A stretch of DNA of 61,365 bases, the filler included, from Sphacelaria rigidula (taxonomy: Eukaryota), in assembly GCA_964200075.2 (NCBI GenBank). It is 6 parts of 6 records of this genome, joined end to end, with 100 filler letters (N's around TTAATTAATTAA, not from the genome) between each part and the next. Parts side by side here need not be neighbours in the genome. Positions count along the whole stretch, not along the records: positions 30,735 to 40,878 come from CAXNAA020007040.1; positions 40,979 to 51,122 come from CAXNAA020007041.1; positions 51,223 to 61,365 come from CAXNAA020007042.1; 3 more parts are not named here. One strand, written 5' to 3'. A program made the position numbers and the translations under genes. Shown piece after piece: positions 37,764-51,358 of this stretch. Numbering within the stretch: position 1 is the first letter of the stretch; every line of letters begins with the position of its first letter. The notes beneath the pieces were generated by a model. That model had not been told where the DNA came from. It saw only the letters and a list, made by a program, of their open reading frames with translations, and ran no database searches.

Positions 37764-39470
37764 CGCGGCACACTGTACTCACTGTATGGTACTCTTCGTC
37801 TGCATTGGTTGATTTTGTCACTTTCTGTCGTTGAATCTCGGGAGACATGTTCACGGAGTCAACTGTGTAAGCGTATGGGCGGTAGAATTTCGAACTCAGA
37901 TCAGCTTCGTGATGTTGAAGAGGTACTTTGTACCTTCGATACTTTCTATTTTTGAACGTGGCTGTTCTCCGTTTTTGTGGCAGCAGGGTCGACGGGTTGG
38001 TGGTGACTGACCACGTATTATGATTTTCGCTAGTCTTGTACACAGGTACTGGAGTTTAATTCCGTCAGTATTGCATGTTTGAAACGCGCCTCTATTCGCA
38101 CAGCTGTTTCTCTATGGACGCTCATCTGTAGTCATACATCAAGGTTGAGGGGTATGAAGTAGATAATGGCCCCACGCGTGCATGATTTACTACCGTCACT
38201 CGGAGGGATTTACTGGTTCCTTTTCGCAGGAGTTTTGAATTCGATTTGTAGTATTTCTATATTATCGATTCTTGAGTTTGCTTTTGTCGTTGTAGGGAGT
38301 GTTACCACGTGCTTTCCAACCAAATATTTGTCATGTGGTAGCAGCAGCACCGCGATAAGCACGGCATTTCTCTTTATCGGCGTCCGTGAGGTTCTCGCTG
38401 CCCACGACTACCAACGCACGAAGAAGAAGCAGAAGCAGTACTCCTGGCTGAGAGGACAACGCGAGTACGGTGACCACGGCGACGACGATATCGGGGAACC
38501 CTCCAACAAGCCTCCTCCAAGCCAACACCCCGTAAACGCTGCGGGAGGACGGGGGGAGGACCCCGCGCAAGCCTCGGAACCGATCACGTTGCGCCGCGTA
38601 GATGCCATACTGGCGCGCGCCATCACGTTCCCGGCCGGCGCCGCACTCGCGTTGAATCGAGTGCGCAGGGAACGGGAGGCAGAGGCGCTGGCTGCGTGCG
38701 GGTTGGGGTTGCTCAAGCTCGGGTGATGTTCGCGCAGCCACCGTGGCAATGCTGGTTCAGGTGCAAGGTCACTGGGCCATGAAAACACACTGGAGTGGGG
38801 AACAGTGATAAGGACCGGCTCAAGAACCCGCCGTAGGGACAATGTGCCGAGGAAACTCTTAACACAGTTGACCAAACCTCGAGCTGAGAACTCTGGAGTT
38901 GACGGATTCAACCACCATTGTTGTAAGGGTTAGGATTTGCGAAGAAACCATTTCGAGTGAAGTCATTCTATCGATATCGTGGCATCATGACAAACCAAGA
39001 ATCAGAAGTTGCGCACCGACGTCAGGAACCGAGGAGAATAACACTCGTTTCGGGCAATGCAAACCGCAATCTAGCCGGCACAACAATAAAATACGACGGC
39101 ACCTGGGCTGTGTATTGGGAACTAGAGCTTGTTGGTCAATTCCAACATATTAGCATGCGTACATGGACATAGTAAGCAGCGCCACGTTTGTGCCGGTATG
39201 TTACCATCCCTGCCGTTTCTCATGTCCCCCGAAGTTACTCGTCATATTGTCATTTTGCAATGAGCATCGCATATTGATCCCTCATTCCTGAAGTACAATT
39301 ACAACGTGCAAGCTACCCGTAGCATACCCCCAACCGGGAAACATGAGGTCAGGAGCATGACCAACCCCCAAAACACTGAAGGGGTGTCTTTGAACGAATT
39401 TCCCCCCCTCTTTTTTACGTGCACTTTCCTTGGCAAACATCAAGTCTATGTGCGTAGAGCGTTGCCCTAA

Positions 39471-39914
39471 GGTCACTCCTTACAACAGACAAGAATAAAA
39501 TCTTGGAAAATGCCTTATTGGAGCTTTTACGTCGTTTTACGCCCCAACAGAGAGCTAGACGGATTTTGACACCTTGGAATGACTTGCTCAACTCGTTGAG
39601 GCGGTACTAGGATATCTTCTCGTTTCCGGTGGCCGCAGTTTTTATTTTGGCGACACGAGATTTTTTGTCCAACAACGGTCAAATCGCCATTTTCCTCTGG
39701 ACTTGACCGCCTCTGGACAAAACTTGTTTGGCCAAAATAGAACTTCGGCCACCGGAAAATGGGATCATGTCCTGGAACCGCATCAACTAGTAAAGGAAGT
39801 CATTTCAAGGTGTTAAACTTCGCCTATCTCTCTTTTAGGGCGTAAAACGACGTGAAAGCTAAAAAAAAGGGCACACTTCAGAATTTTTATCCTCGTCTGT
39901 TGTAAGAAGTAGCC
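39471..39914. mobile_element. Long-palindrome MITE, possibly PIF/Harbinger (Tourist)-like
   Basis: GGTCACTCCTTACAACAGAC pairs with GTCTGTTGTAAGAAGTAGCC; complementarity runs almost to the centre; flanks CTAA / TTAG. Confidence 0.75.
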
Positions 39915-40878
39915 TTAGGCAGTCAATAATGCTTTTGAAGAGATATAAAGCCAAACGCGAATATTTTTCTGACTCCGACGACGCCTTCAGCTGGGCCGGT
40001 GTGTGTGTATATGGGGGGGGGGGGGTAGGTCTTGACTCGGGCCGCACCGGCACCTGGTGCCAGGAGTCGCGACGGCACCAATGCGTGCTGATTGTGCAGG
40101 TATTTTGATGCCTCTATCTTTCAATTTGAAATTTTGATGAAACCAATCAACATACAGCCCCAAACAGCATGTTTCATGGTGAGGGAGTGAAAACACGCAC
40201 GCCGAAGGCATCGCGGCAAAACAGTCGCAAAATATGATCGTTCAACCGACATCACCCTCGGTCCTCACACAGCCCAACCATCATCTTCTCAGCACCCATC
40301 TCCCTGATATGTTGGTCACATGAATGACCTCGCGCGCTACCCTTTCCCGTTGGCGCGCACACAAAAACACCTGACTTTGCGTACCAAAACGCTTCATTTT
40401 TCGGAAGCCCCCACACAGTGCTGCAGTAGTAGGGCCCACACATCAGTTGCCTGCACACAGACACATTTTTCGCGAACACACTAGCCACAAAACAATGTGA
40501 TCGGGATCGACCGGCGAAGAACTATCGTGTCAGAGAGATAGAGACAGATGAAGAGAAGTGGCACACTATTTTCCGACCGGTCCAAAATACGAAGCAACAA
40601 TCATGATCGGTCAGTCGAAAAAAAACTACTCGCCCGGCGGAAGCCGTCCACTGTCTCTGGAGCTAGGTAACGTTTAGCCGAGAAGAACGTCATTTTCGGG
40701 CAACATCTGAACGGGAGAACAGTACGACGCGGTGAATGATCGACTCAAAAAGCACCGAAGGTGTCACCCAAACAGGATGAAAATGTTCAACAACTTCAAC
40801 AGATACCGCTTCGACAAAACGGTACCAACAATCCACGGTTAGGACAAATAATCACGACTCAAAATCACCAAATTCACG

Positions 40879-40978
40879 NNNNNNNNNNNNNNNNNNNNNN
40901 NNNNNNNNNNNNNNNNNNNNNNTTAATTAATTAANNNNNNNNNNNNNNNNNNNNNNNNNNNNNNNNNNNNNNNNNNNN
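40879..40978. other. Artificial contig-joining linker
   Basis: Same spacer. Confidence 0.97.
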
Positions 40979-41120
40979 GGTATTGATGGATAACTCACTT
41001 GATCTATTGATGACGGCAAGGGCTATCGATGGATGGCTCACCAAACCTATTGATATCGGCAAGGGCTATCGATGGATGGCTCACCAAACCTATTGATTGC
41101 GGCAATGGCTATCGATGTAT
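40979..41120. repeat. ~43-bp tandem repeat (ATCGAT-rich)
   Basis: GGCAAGGGCTATCGATGGATGGCTCACCAAACCTATTGAT repeated at the contig start. Confidence 0.8.
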
Positions 41121-44100
41121 ATAACCCAAAATCTATTGCGGTATACCATTTCCATCGATGGCGAGTGATGTTCATATATTGTAATTGCCATAGGCTATCG
41201 ATCGACTATTGCAACATCTATTGTTCCTTGCAATGCATATCAATATATGTCTTTCACCATCTATCGTATTCGATAATATATGTCGATAGATTTTCCCCCG
41301 TGTCTATTGCTGAAGCAATGAACTATCATTGTGTCCACTGTTCAGGGTGAGCGATATAGAGTGTGTGGGATCGGTTGGGGTTGGATTATTATTGTTTGGG
41401 GAAAAGGAACACATGCTTGCAGTACTTGAAAAAAAAATAGGATGTAGCACTAAACCTGGATACGTCTCAAGTTTCGAGTCTACTTTGCTGTTGTGCTTGT
41501 GCACGGAACTGAGAGGGGACGAGAACGCCGGACGACGCTCCAAACTCCAGGTGCAGGCGCTCCCCAACAACTGCGAGTATTCCTGGTAGGAACTTCTGAA
41601 TGTCCATGCTTCCTGCTTCCTGCTTCCTGCTATTATATGAGATTTCGTCAGCTGATACTTCCCCAAGTTTTGGAGGATGGTTTTTGTAGGCGTAGATGGA
41701 GAAGGAAGCAACGTCACCGCTTGGCACGCTTCGTTCCAGAAAATAATATTTTGAGCCAGTTGGTGTGCATCATCCTTGCGCTATGGTTGATTGAAGAGGC
41801 TGCACATTTTTCGTGCTCATTCATTTTCTGTGTACGCTGACATCTTCGTATAATATATCATCAAATGTGCAACTGGCGCAATGACCGCTGCGTTTGCTGT
41901 CCTGGGACTGGAGTATCCTGCTGGCGGCTGGGTATCCACGAATAGTCGTGAGGTGCGGCATTCGCCTGGTTGCAGCCTTTTCTACGTGCTTTGACAAAAT
42001 ATATAAACAAATTTATGTTGTCAAAATATGGCCTCTTTTTCCCCCGTTGCGCGCTCCTGCAGCACTTGAGGCCAGAATCAGCAAAAGCTTGTTGATTGTG
42101 CTTCAAATGGCATGTTGTCGGAGTTTCAGCATCGTACAACTCCGATGGCGCGTGAACGGCAAAATCTCTGAACACGGGTGGCTAAACAGTACAGTATACA
42201 GACGATACGGGCACGAAATTTGTACAGACGGTCATCTTCCAGAAGATACTCGAATCACGTTTGTCAGCGTAACAGTTGCCCAGCTGCATACGGCCCGAAA
42301 AATGATATATAGCTGCTGCACCAGCTTGTAGAGGTACTCGTTTACTCACCGTGTGAGAAATTTGGGCTGCGGGATGGCAACGCTGAGGTCGTTTCGACGT
42401 AATTCCCGAAAATTAGTAACCACTACTGCGATCACCAAGGAAGGCCACCCAACCACGCTATCACTTGGTGTATGTGCTGCCTGTGTAGAGGTGAAGTCAT
42501 GCCCGAAGTTTCAAAGGTGAGTAAGCAGCTGCGGTGGAGATAAGACACATGCAAATTTGATTTTTTTTTGTCAAACCGTGAAAAAGCGTCGTATTCGACT
42601 GTCTCAAGATACCGCAGAAACGGCCACGCCGTTTTTTCTACAGACAACAACATCGTGGTATCATCTACTGTACACCGTAGCCGCCATTATGGTATAATCT
42701 CCGTACTCTACTGGCCGTAGAAATATGCTGCGGCTGTCAATATTCAAACTTTGCAACAGACCCCCATGTCCCCAGACAATCGTGTCGTGTATTACGGTAG
42801 GTTCACCAGCTGACATGATTCCTTTCCCTGTGTGAACAGTGGATACACAGCTGTCCCGTCCATGTCGTACAGTATGAGCCGTGAGTACGCAGCGTGGTTG
42901 CCACCTGGCGGCGTACCGTTGTTAGCACATGGAACCTGAACAAAGCAACACGATGATAGTATCACGCCCAAACGCGAGAAACTGTCACATCTGTAACCAG
43001 AGATTGGCACCCAAAGTTCTGCCTTGAACACAGCTTCCCAGTGGTGCGACCTGTCGAACCCGCGCCTCGTCCTTGAGGGGTGCGCCGCGGTACGAACTGG
43101 AGCACGAATGGGGTTGCTTGCAGCCGACACGCTGCACAAAGGTTTTTCCACCCGGTCAATTCTGACATGTCTTCTTTTTTTTTCATTTTTGCATAGCACT
43201 GTCTCGACAAACAGCAACGATCACGACCCTGTTCATGAAGCCTGTCCGCGTAGCGTCCAACTTATCGTCGGGAACTGGGCGCTCAAAGAGTCGAGCCTTT
43301 CACCGTCGACTACTGTGTCGCGGAAATCGTCGGCTGACGGTCCAGGGGATTCCACGTGGGGGGCGGACCTTTCTTGAAGGAAGGATGGGGAGTTCCCAGA
43401 ACTTCGGAGAATGCCTCTTCGATCAACCATGCGTGTTTGTAAAAAATATCTTGGCAACAATTCTGAAGGGCAGCAAAATGGCTATTTTTATAGTTTTGAT
43501 TGGTCGAATGATTTGCTGTGTTCCCCTACAAATGCGCCAAAATCTCGCCGGTTGATGCTTTGAGCCCCAACTCCTCCTAAACCGCACAATATCACCCATG
43601 GTCAAATTGGGCTTTGGATCTGTTGCCGTTCATGTGGCATAATACGTCTATTAACATCAACAGGTGGACGTTGAGTGTACACAAAGTGGTCCATGAGGAG
43701 GACACTTGACTGTTTTTTCTGGTGAAGCGGCGTGGGTATACGTCTCAGTATCCTGAGTGAAAGGTACATGTTGTCATGCACATGTAAGTGGCGTAAGCTG
43801 GCTACCACTCCTGCTGCGATATTCTCAAGCAGCATATTCTCTGCCCTGCCCAAGTAGTCTTGGTACGTTCAAGGTGTTGATGACACACCTCCTGTATGTT
43901 TTGGTGTTATCCCTTAGACCGCGAGGGTACTCTATCTGGATCATGCATACCCTTTTCACGTGAAATTGATGCCGATTCAACATATGACCTACTCTCGCCG
44001 TCTGAGGGTTGAGCTGCATGTCACACAATCCCAACCGTACTCTTATGCTACTGCGCTGCTGCTGCATCGTAGATCAGCGGCTTAACACAACAAACACTTC

Positions 44101-44831
44101 AGTACACGTTTGTTTTATTCGTCCTCAGTGTTATACAACTGTTCTACAATATCATCGAGCAGGTCCTTACAACGTAAGAGGGGGTAGGTGGGTGGCAAAG
44201 ACTGCGGAAAACGAAACAACTCCTGTTCCGTGTCCATGTTTGATGTTCAAATGGTGCAGAACGGCTTCACGTTCAGGTGGATGATACTGGGCGATTTTAT
44301 CAAAATGGACACGCCACCCCTTTTCGTTCCTGTTGCCCGACCTAGGTAATCCCTGGAAAGACGCATGGTTGGAATGAGGAGCATTCGCCACTGAAAAGGG
44401 GACGTGCACGAACATTCACGCCCGCCTCAGTTAAGAACATTGAAACCCCTCGACTTTTAGCCGATGAAACTGTTCCGAAACGATGTCTTGAGGTCAAAAG
44501 GTTAATTTGTATTCGACCGCTTCTGCAACGACCACTTGACTGCTTGACCACAAGGAGTGAGGAGATACCATTTGCTCCTAGTCCAATTTTTGCGATGTGT
44601 ATCCCCTTCCTTTGTGTTGGTATCAGAGCCGGGCGTTTTTTTCCCGCCATACGCTTCCTCGTGACGAGTCCGCTGTCTCGGGGCAATAACCTCTCCCTTC
44701 CTTGGTACCTGCCTATAATTTTGCTATCGAGAATTGGAGTAGCACTCGACCCCGTTGACTTTATCAGAATTTTCTAATCTACTCACGCTCTAGCGCCTTC
44801 AACAAGGAAAATCAGACCCTGCTTATTTTTC

Positions 44832-44922
44832 AAGCGTGCCTATCGGGATTCAAACCAGCCATCCTCCGTCCTAACTGGCGATCGGTGTACCGTCTTAATC
44901 TAGACCACCGGGGCGCGGCGGC
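44832..44922 (-). mobile_element. tRNA-derived SINE-like head
   Basis: Minus strand GCCGCGCCCCGGTGGTCTAG...GGTTTGAATCCCGAT, similar to 1490-1582. Confidence 0.5.
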
Positions 44923-45518
44923 AAGTATTAGAGTACTATGGATATAGAGCACTAGGCAAAGACAGACGATGTGTACTCTGCAGTAAACAGCGATGACACC
45001 CTAGTTGCTTCGCTCTGAACGTCAGCAGCAGTTGGTACGGCAGGGCACACTCAATACATGACATGCACGATGCGACATCAAGAGGTGCTCGAGGTGTACG
45101 AGCACTGCCCAGAGAGTATCGAGACAGCAGTGGGGTGGGCAAGGAAGTAGTACAGCTTCCCTTGCGTGGTGTTGCAGCAGCAGTGATGGCCAGTGCGCAC
45201 CACTTACACGGCAGGAAAGCATTTCTCCCACGAAAACGTACACGATCTTCACTTCGCTCAAAGCCGGTCACGGGTACTCTGCTTGTTACTGATTTCTACC
45301 CAAGTGTGCTCAAACTCCACCCGTCTATGTAACAAGGCGAGCTGTGTATGTGTTTGTATAAGAGTCTACACAATCCTCGTGTACGATAAGCATCTCTCCC
45401 ATGTTTTCGTGCGCAATACGACATGGGCGGCAGCTTGTATCTTGAGATCTACGATCAATGTTGTAGTAGTAACTTCCCCTCCGTCTCTCGTCCCCCGTTC
45501 CCCCTCGGCCTTGCTCAG

Positions 45519-45779
45519 GCTACCCGGTACTGCGAAGAAGTTAAACAGGGGAAAGACGGGTGGCGGCTTGCGCTCGAGGTTTTCCGCACCACCTCTCGGT
45601 CGGAGGCCCGCTTCTTTGCTTTAGGATGCCTGCAAGAGGCGCTGGGCTCTCGAGCGGGTGCCGCGGTGCGCGTGGAATCTCAACACGACCGCTATCTTAT
45701 TCGAGAAGGAGTCATTGGGTGGCTGAAGGGCGCTGGCGCGGCGGAGTTTGAAACCCAGGAGGCGTTTGTGCGGACAAAG
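45519..45779 (+). CDS. XPOT: Exportin-T (Los1/PAUSED) N-terminal-region internal exon
   Basis: CTCAG acceptor after a pyrimidine tract, GTGTGG donor, 87 codons; ATRYCEEVKQGKDGWRLALEVF...EARFFALGCLQEAL...AFVRTK fits the importin-beta N-terminal segment of exportin-T. Confidence 0.8.
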
Positions 45780-46859
45780 GTGTGGTGTGCGGGAGTGTGG
45801 TCATTAAGGAACCAAAATTTATCGGTTGTATACCCTGCGCCCCCGGTGGTCGAAATGGTTCGTGACTGGTCGTTCGGAGCGGAGGGCTGGGTGCGAACCC
45901 CAACGATGGTGTGGTTGATCCGATTGATTTATTGATTGTCGCACATCAACTCCAACGCTTGGCCAATGATTCCCCCACACTTTTCACTAGCTTCTATCCT
46001 TCAAGATCTGAAGATGTCTGCGTACGGCTTGGTGCTCCTTGTTAGGAATGGTCGGTCACTGGTGAGGTGTTTGTTCAATGATTGCAGCAGGTCTTGACGT
46101 ACATTTCATGCATTACCCACTTCTTCCCTTCACTTGACGCCTGTGCACCTCATGTCGGGAATTTCAAGAGAATGAATGACCAGATTTTCACCGCCGAATG
46201 AAAATCGGTGAAATTTCCCCAGTATCACACTACGAGACCCGACCTTTATACGAATTTAGCATGTCGGTTGTGACCTTGTCCTCTCTGTGCTTGTTGACAC
46301 TTCTTGTACTTTTCATTTGCATGTAAGGTGGTCAACCTTCACGCTGTTATACTTGAGTGTTTCTTTGCTTTCTTGTTATGCCGTACTTTCGTTACAATAT
46401 GGGGGGGAGAACCTCGATTGTTTTCCGTTTTGATATGGAGAAATATCAGTGTTTTTTCCCGGTTTTTCATGTCCATATCCGGTCTCTGGTCTGGTGTAGG
46501 AAAATAAAAATATAGTTAGCTTCGTTATTTCATGTACTTGGCACATGTTCGGGCTGTAAACCGGTAGGTGAAAGAAGGAAGTTGTTTGCTTCGTTATTTG
46601 TTATTTCATCTCCTTGTTCGGGCTGTGTTCTGGCCAGTCGAAAGAGAAGGATGGTTAGCTTTGTTATTTCTTGTCCATGTCCGGTCTGGGTTATGGTAGG
46701 TGGAAGAAAAAATATGATTATCTTGTTATTTTATGTACATGTCCGGACTCCTAGTGGTGCATAAAAAGGAAAAAAAACAAGGAGAGGACAAAAGAGGAGA
46801 AAACAATTACAAGCTGGGCCGCCCAAGAAGCCACCAGGAATGTTGGAACGCATATTCTT

Positions 46860-47432
46860 CGCTTGATTTTGGATCGTTTTTGATGAAATTTTGACACGAT
46901 GTACAGGAGGTATGTGCGAATACCTAACTTTTCCTCCTGTGTTTATTTGTTTTCCTGCGTGAGATATAGGGAATTTTGTTCCGAAGAAACTGTTCTGAAA
47001 ATTTACGTCGTCAATAACTCATGAAGAAAAGAAAAGAAGGACACGGGAGGAACGGAGGGGTGTTTGCACATAGTCGTGTCCATTATGTCAAAGTTTCATC
47101 GAAAACGACCGAATATTGAGCTCGGAAATTGTGCTACAGCTTGTGCGGCACCACGCGGCACAAAACTGACTAACCGAAACTCCAATCTCACCCGTTTTCT
47201 TTTGGCTAATTCTGCCGCACATAGTACCCTCAACTCTCTACACCTTCGCAGTTGTCAACAGCTTGGTATTTCGTTCGATGAGACCTTGTCAGATCGTAGT
47301 GCTACATGGATTTGAAGACGCGCGCTGATTTGCCGATTACCACGATGTGTCATAGTAGGCACAACTCGCAATACATCGTCAGTTAGAAGGGGCTGAAGGA
47401 AAGTGAGCTTGTTACGCGGCCCAGCCTGTACA
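46860..47432. mobile_element. Second copy (inverted) of the 11-kb composite repeat
   Basis: One palindromic module 46860-47130 plus the reverse-complement conserved unit 47208-47432. Confidence 0.7.
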
Positions 47433-47647
47433 AGAAATATGAGAAGAAAAAACGGGAAAAAAGAAAGAAAAAAATGGCTAGCTTCATTATCTCATGTCTC
47501 TGTCTGTGCCGTGTTCTCTTAATGCAAAGAAGAAACTGGGTAGCTTCGTTATCTCGTGTCTATATCTAGTTTGTGTTTTACTATGGGGAAACAAAATTAG
47601 TCATTCGGTGTTGTTTCATGCCTACTGTGTCTGTTGGTCTGGGATTC

Positions 47648-48043
47648 TTTTTTATGTAGTAGCGGTCTCTGGTGTCTGAACGGTGACGAGTCTGCACATT
47701 TCATGTCTAGGTTATGGTGTCTTGTTTCATAGCGTCATTGTCACTCGACGCCAACCCAGGAGTCTAGCGGTAAGGGGGAACGGGGGAAAGTGTACAAGAC
47801 TGTTGGTCCACATTCAAGTACCCTGCCTAAACAGTAAATATTACTTTTTTGTGTAGTAGCGGTCTCTGATGTATGTACGGTGACAAGTCTGTACATTTCA
47901 AGTCTAGGTTCTGGTGTCTTGTTTCACAGCGTCGTTGTCACTCGACGCCAACCCGGGAGTCCAGCGGTGAGGGGGAAAAGGGGGAAGTGTACAAGATGGT
48001 TGTTGATGCACATTCAAGTACCCTCTCTGAACTGTACAGATTA
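47648..48043. repeat. Tandem duplication of ~197 bp
   Basis: TGTAGTAGCGGTCTCTG...GTCACTCGACGCCAACCC...CACATTCAAGTACCCT occurs twice. Confidence 0.85.
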
Positions 48044-51000
48044 ATCCTGTGAGCAGCCTCCCTGAGATATGACACGGCGCGAAAGCCGTGTGAAGAAGTG
48101 GCTCGAAGATGAAGCATGAAATAAATGCGCTGGATAATGGAACATGACATCATCTCTCAAAGAGCAAGCGAGCGGAGAGACAGGTCATGACGCGTGCCAA
48201 ACGGTCGGATTTTCGTGGTACAAACCCCCAGTGCATCTTTGTTCCATCGCCAGGACGGGATTGTGCAGAGCCATTGTTTTGCGCAGCGCGTGCCTTGCTC
48301 AGTTTACACGAGAATCGACTGTAGATTTAGCTGTCAGCATCCAACGCTATTCTCTCCGTTAACCCTTTTAGGACCGGGCCTCCAGAACGACCGATGAGGT
48401 TGGTCAGGAATGACGTGTCTGGCGTCTACACGAAGCAGTGGCGTGTTGCTGAAAATTTGCGTATGTAACCGCAGGGTTATGACGAAGACCGAATGTTTCA
48501 TTCAACCTGTTTTCAGGTGCAGGGTGCGCATTAGGTGGTGTGCATCTGATGTAGTAAGCAGTATGAATCATGGAGAGCTTCCAACAGGATGCGGCGACAT
48601 GTGGCTTTGGATTATACTTTTGTCCTCATCACCTTGTCACACAGCCCTTTGTGGTCGGGGTGGGTCGCCGTTCCCCCCTTGTTGCATGCGGCAAATTCTC
48701 TTCGAAGGGTATCAGCGTTGCGACGCGAATGGATACAACAGTATAGTACAGTACAGTGTAGTACGCCTCTCCGACTGGAGCAGCAGCTGCCGCTGTGTAC
48801 TCCTTTGCACGTTCTGGGCAATTCTCAGCTACCGAAATCACCTGCCTATAAACAGCTTTGTCATCTCCGTCCACTACATGCATGTGGACTGCAAACTGCA
48901 AGTCATCGGTAGAGGAATACACAGAATTCATTACGGTAGCTCCTTTTGTCTTTCCACAGCCCACCTGGATTTTGTGCCTTGTGAAAAAACCACATTGTGA
49001 AATGTACGCTCCTTCCCGTTTTTTTTCCGGTCCACCCTGTGTTAGTGTAAAATACTACGTTTGAGTATGGAATTGGGACGCAAGAAACACTCCGGAAAAA
49101 CTCAGGGACGGTATACTGGGAGCAAGTATTACCATAAACCAAGCTGCGACCACCCTGCACTTGAAAACGTGGGGAGGCTTATCTGGGCCAGGGATGGGGC
49201 CCCCACACGATCTTTGCAGTGGCATTACACTCGACAGTAATCCCCGCGCTGATCGTTTGGGTCTGGTCGATAAATTTTGCATCACCGTGATTGGGCAGGT
49301 CGCTCGAAGACTCGTTTTTTTTATTATTTCACTAACACAGGGTGAACTCTGTGTTAGTGGGGATCCGGTCCCAAAAGGGTTAATGTCACAGCGTAGTAAG
49401 GTGGCATTGCACCGATAACCACGTTGTTCCCAACAACGTATTGCAACCGCTCCCTGTAACGCATTCATTGCAATTACAGCGAAAACAATTTTGTCCACGT
49501 CTGACAATGGGTAGAATGTATGTTCACGTAACCATCTGTATGCCGTTCATCTTGTCATCGTCACTGGGTTTGGAGCGATTCAGTTAGTTCATGTGCTACG
49601 ACCGATGCATCAATCGATAAGTGACAACTTCTTTTATCATTGGGTTGGGAGTGAGAACCCATAGGACGGAAAATTCTTATCTATTCGTCGACTGATGATC
49701 ACTGGGGGCAAACGCTCCGCCGAGCCAGTCGAGGAGCGGCTCGAATGAGAGCTCCTGGCCTCGGGATGAACGCAACGTACTTGAAGTATTTTTTTGTTGT
49801 ATTTGCGTCGTCAATCAGCAGAAATACACAACTCTAGATTTCCATAAATGGTCGACTGCTGCCTGAAACAGTTTTACTGCCGAAGGCCCCTCCAGACCTT
49901 GTACGAGGTCTTACACAATTTGTGTAGTAGCTTGCCGCTAACGCCTTTCATATCCCCACGTATGATAATAATGTATAGCTGTGAGCGCACGACATCGTTG
50001 CAAGGAGACACACACATACGCGCACACATGAAGAAATGTTCGAGTTGGAGCGAATGGTGAAACTCAGGCCGTGTCTCTTCAAATTGTTTTCAACTCGAAA
50101 ACGTACGGTGGAATCGAATTTGCTCTTACCTGATACGTCCACGGCATCAATCTTCTCAACCATCTGAGAAGAAATAAAGAGCGTGCGCGAATCAGAAACG
50201 AGGGAATTCGATTCGACCGCACGTTCTCGACACGAAAACAATTTGATCAGACACGGCCTCATTCACGTTCAAATGCTAGACACTGAATCTGGTAAAAAGG
50301 TGTAGCCTCAGGAGATCAGCCATCTCTCCCTCGATACTTGCCTGATGACTTATGAACGAACGTTGGAGAGCCACAATTGCAGCCCTTCGACTTTGGCCGG
50401 TTTTTTGTTGTTCGCGACCTTCCAAGCCCTCACGCTTGCCAAGACGAAGCGAGCCGAATATTTTCTCCTCCTGTTCTATTTTGTTTGTTGCTTGTTTGTT
50501 CTGTTTTTTTTTTTCTTGTCTTGTGCCTTTTCTTGAGTTTCCTTTTAACAAGTGTTTGCGTACTCTTGTTTTACCCTGGCCGCGTCTATCTTGCACATTC
50601 TGGATAATGACAACGTATTACATTGTCAAAAAGTGTACTGCATATAGCATTGACTATTGCGTCTCCTGCAATAGACAAAGGATTCCATACTGTGCGCAGT
50701 ACAATTTTTGACAATGTAGTAACTTGTGATTATTCAGGGTGCGCTATATTATTGATGACCACGACTAGATCCCGCGGGGACCAGTTCTTATGCGACAATC
50801 AACTAATCCATCTGGTGTATTCACCAATTAATCAACACACACACGGCTGGCTGCCGCCGAGACCAGTTCGTATGTGACCATCCACTGATCTATCAATCTA
50901 TTCATCGGTTAATCAACTAACTCACTTTCTTTCTATTACATGGCAGCTTGTACGCAAAACTTGTCTGAAGTCGAGATCTTGATTTTTCCGATCAGTTGTC

Positions 51001-51122
51001 ATTATCTCTTGACTTCATACCATGCGGCCTACGAAGCATACCACCCCCCCCCCCCCACCCCCCCCCAGCCCCACAAGCAACCCGCAGAGACCGCCACACC
51101 ACCAAGCCCACAACCCAAAGAA

Positions 51123-51222
51123 NNNNNNNNNNNNNNNNNNNNNNNNNNNNNNNNNNNNNNNNNNNNTTAATTAATTAANNNNNNNNNNNNNNNNNNNNNN
51201 NNNNNNNNNNNNNNNNNNNNNN
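51123..51222. other. Artificial contig-joining linker
   Basis: Same spacer. Confidence 0.97.
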
Positions 51223-51358
51223 GTGCGACGCAGGGCAATGCGATAAAGCAGAAGGATACTCGTATGAGAGGTGGGTAGCGGGCGAGACCTCCACATCGCC
51301 CGCTACCCACCTCTCATACGAGTATCCTTCTGCTTTATCGCATTGCCCTGCGTCGCAC
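51223..51358. repeat. Perfect inverted repeat, 63-bp arms with a 10-nt loop
   Basis: 51223-51285 is the exact reverse complement of 51296-51358. Confidence 0.97.
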
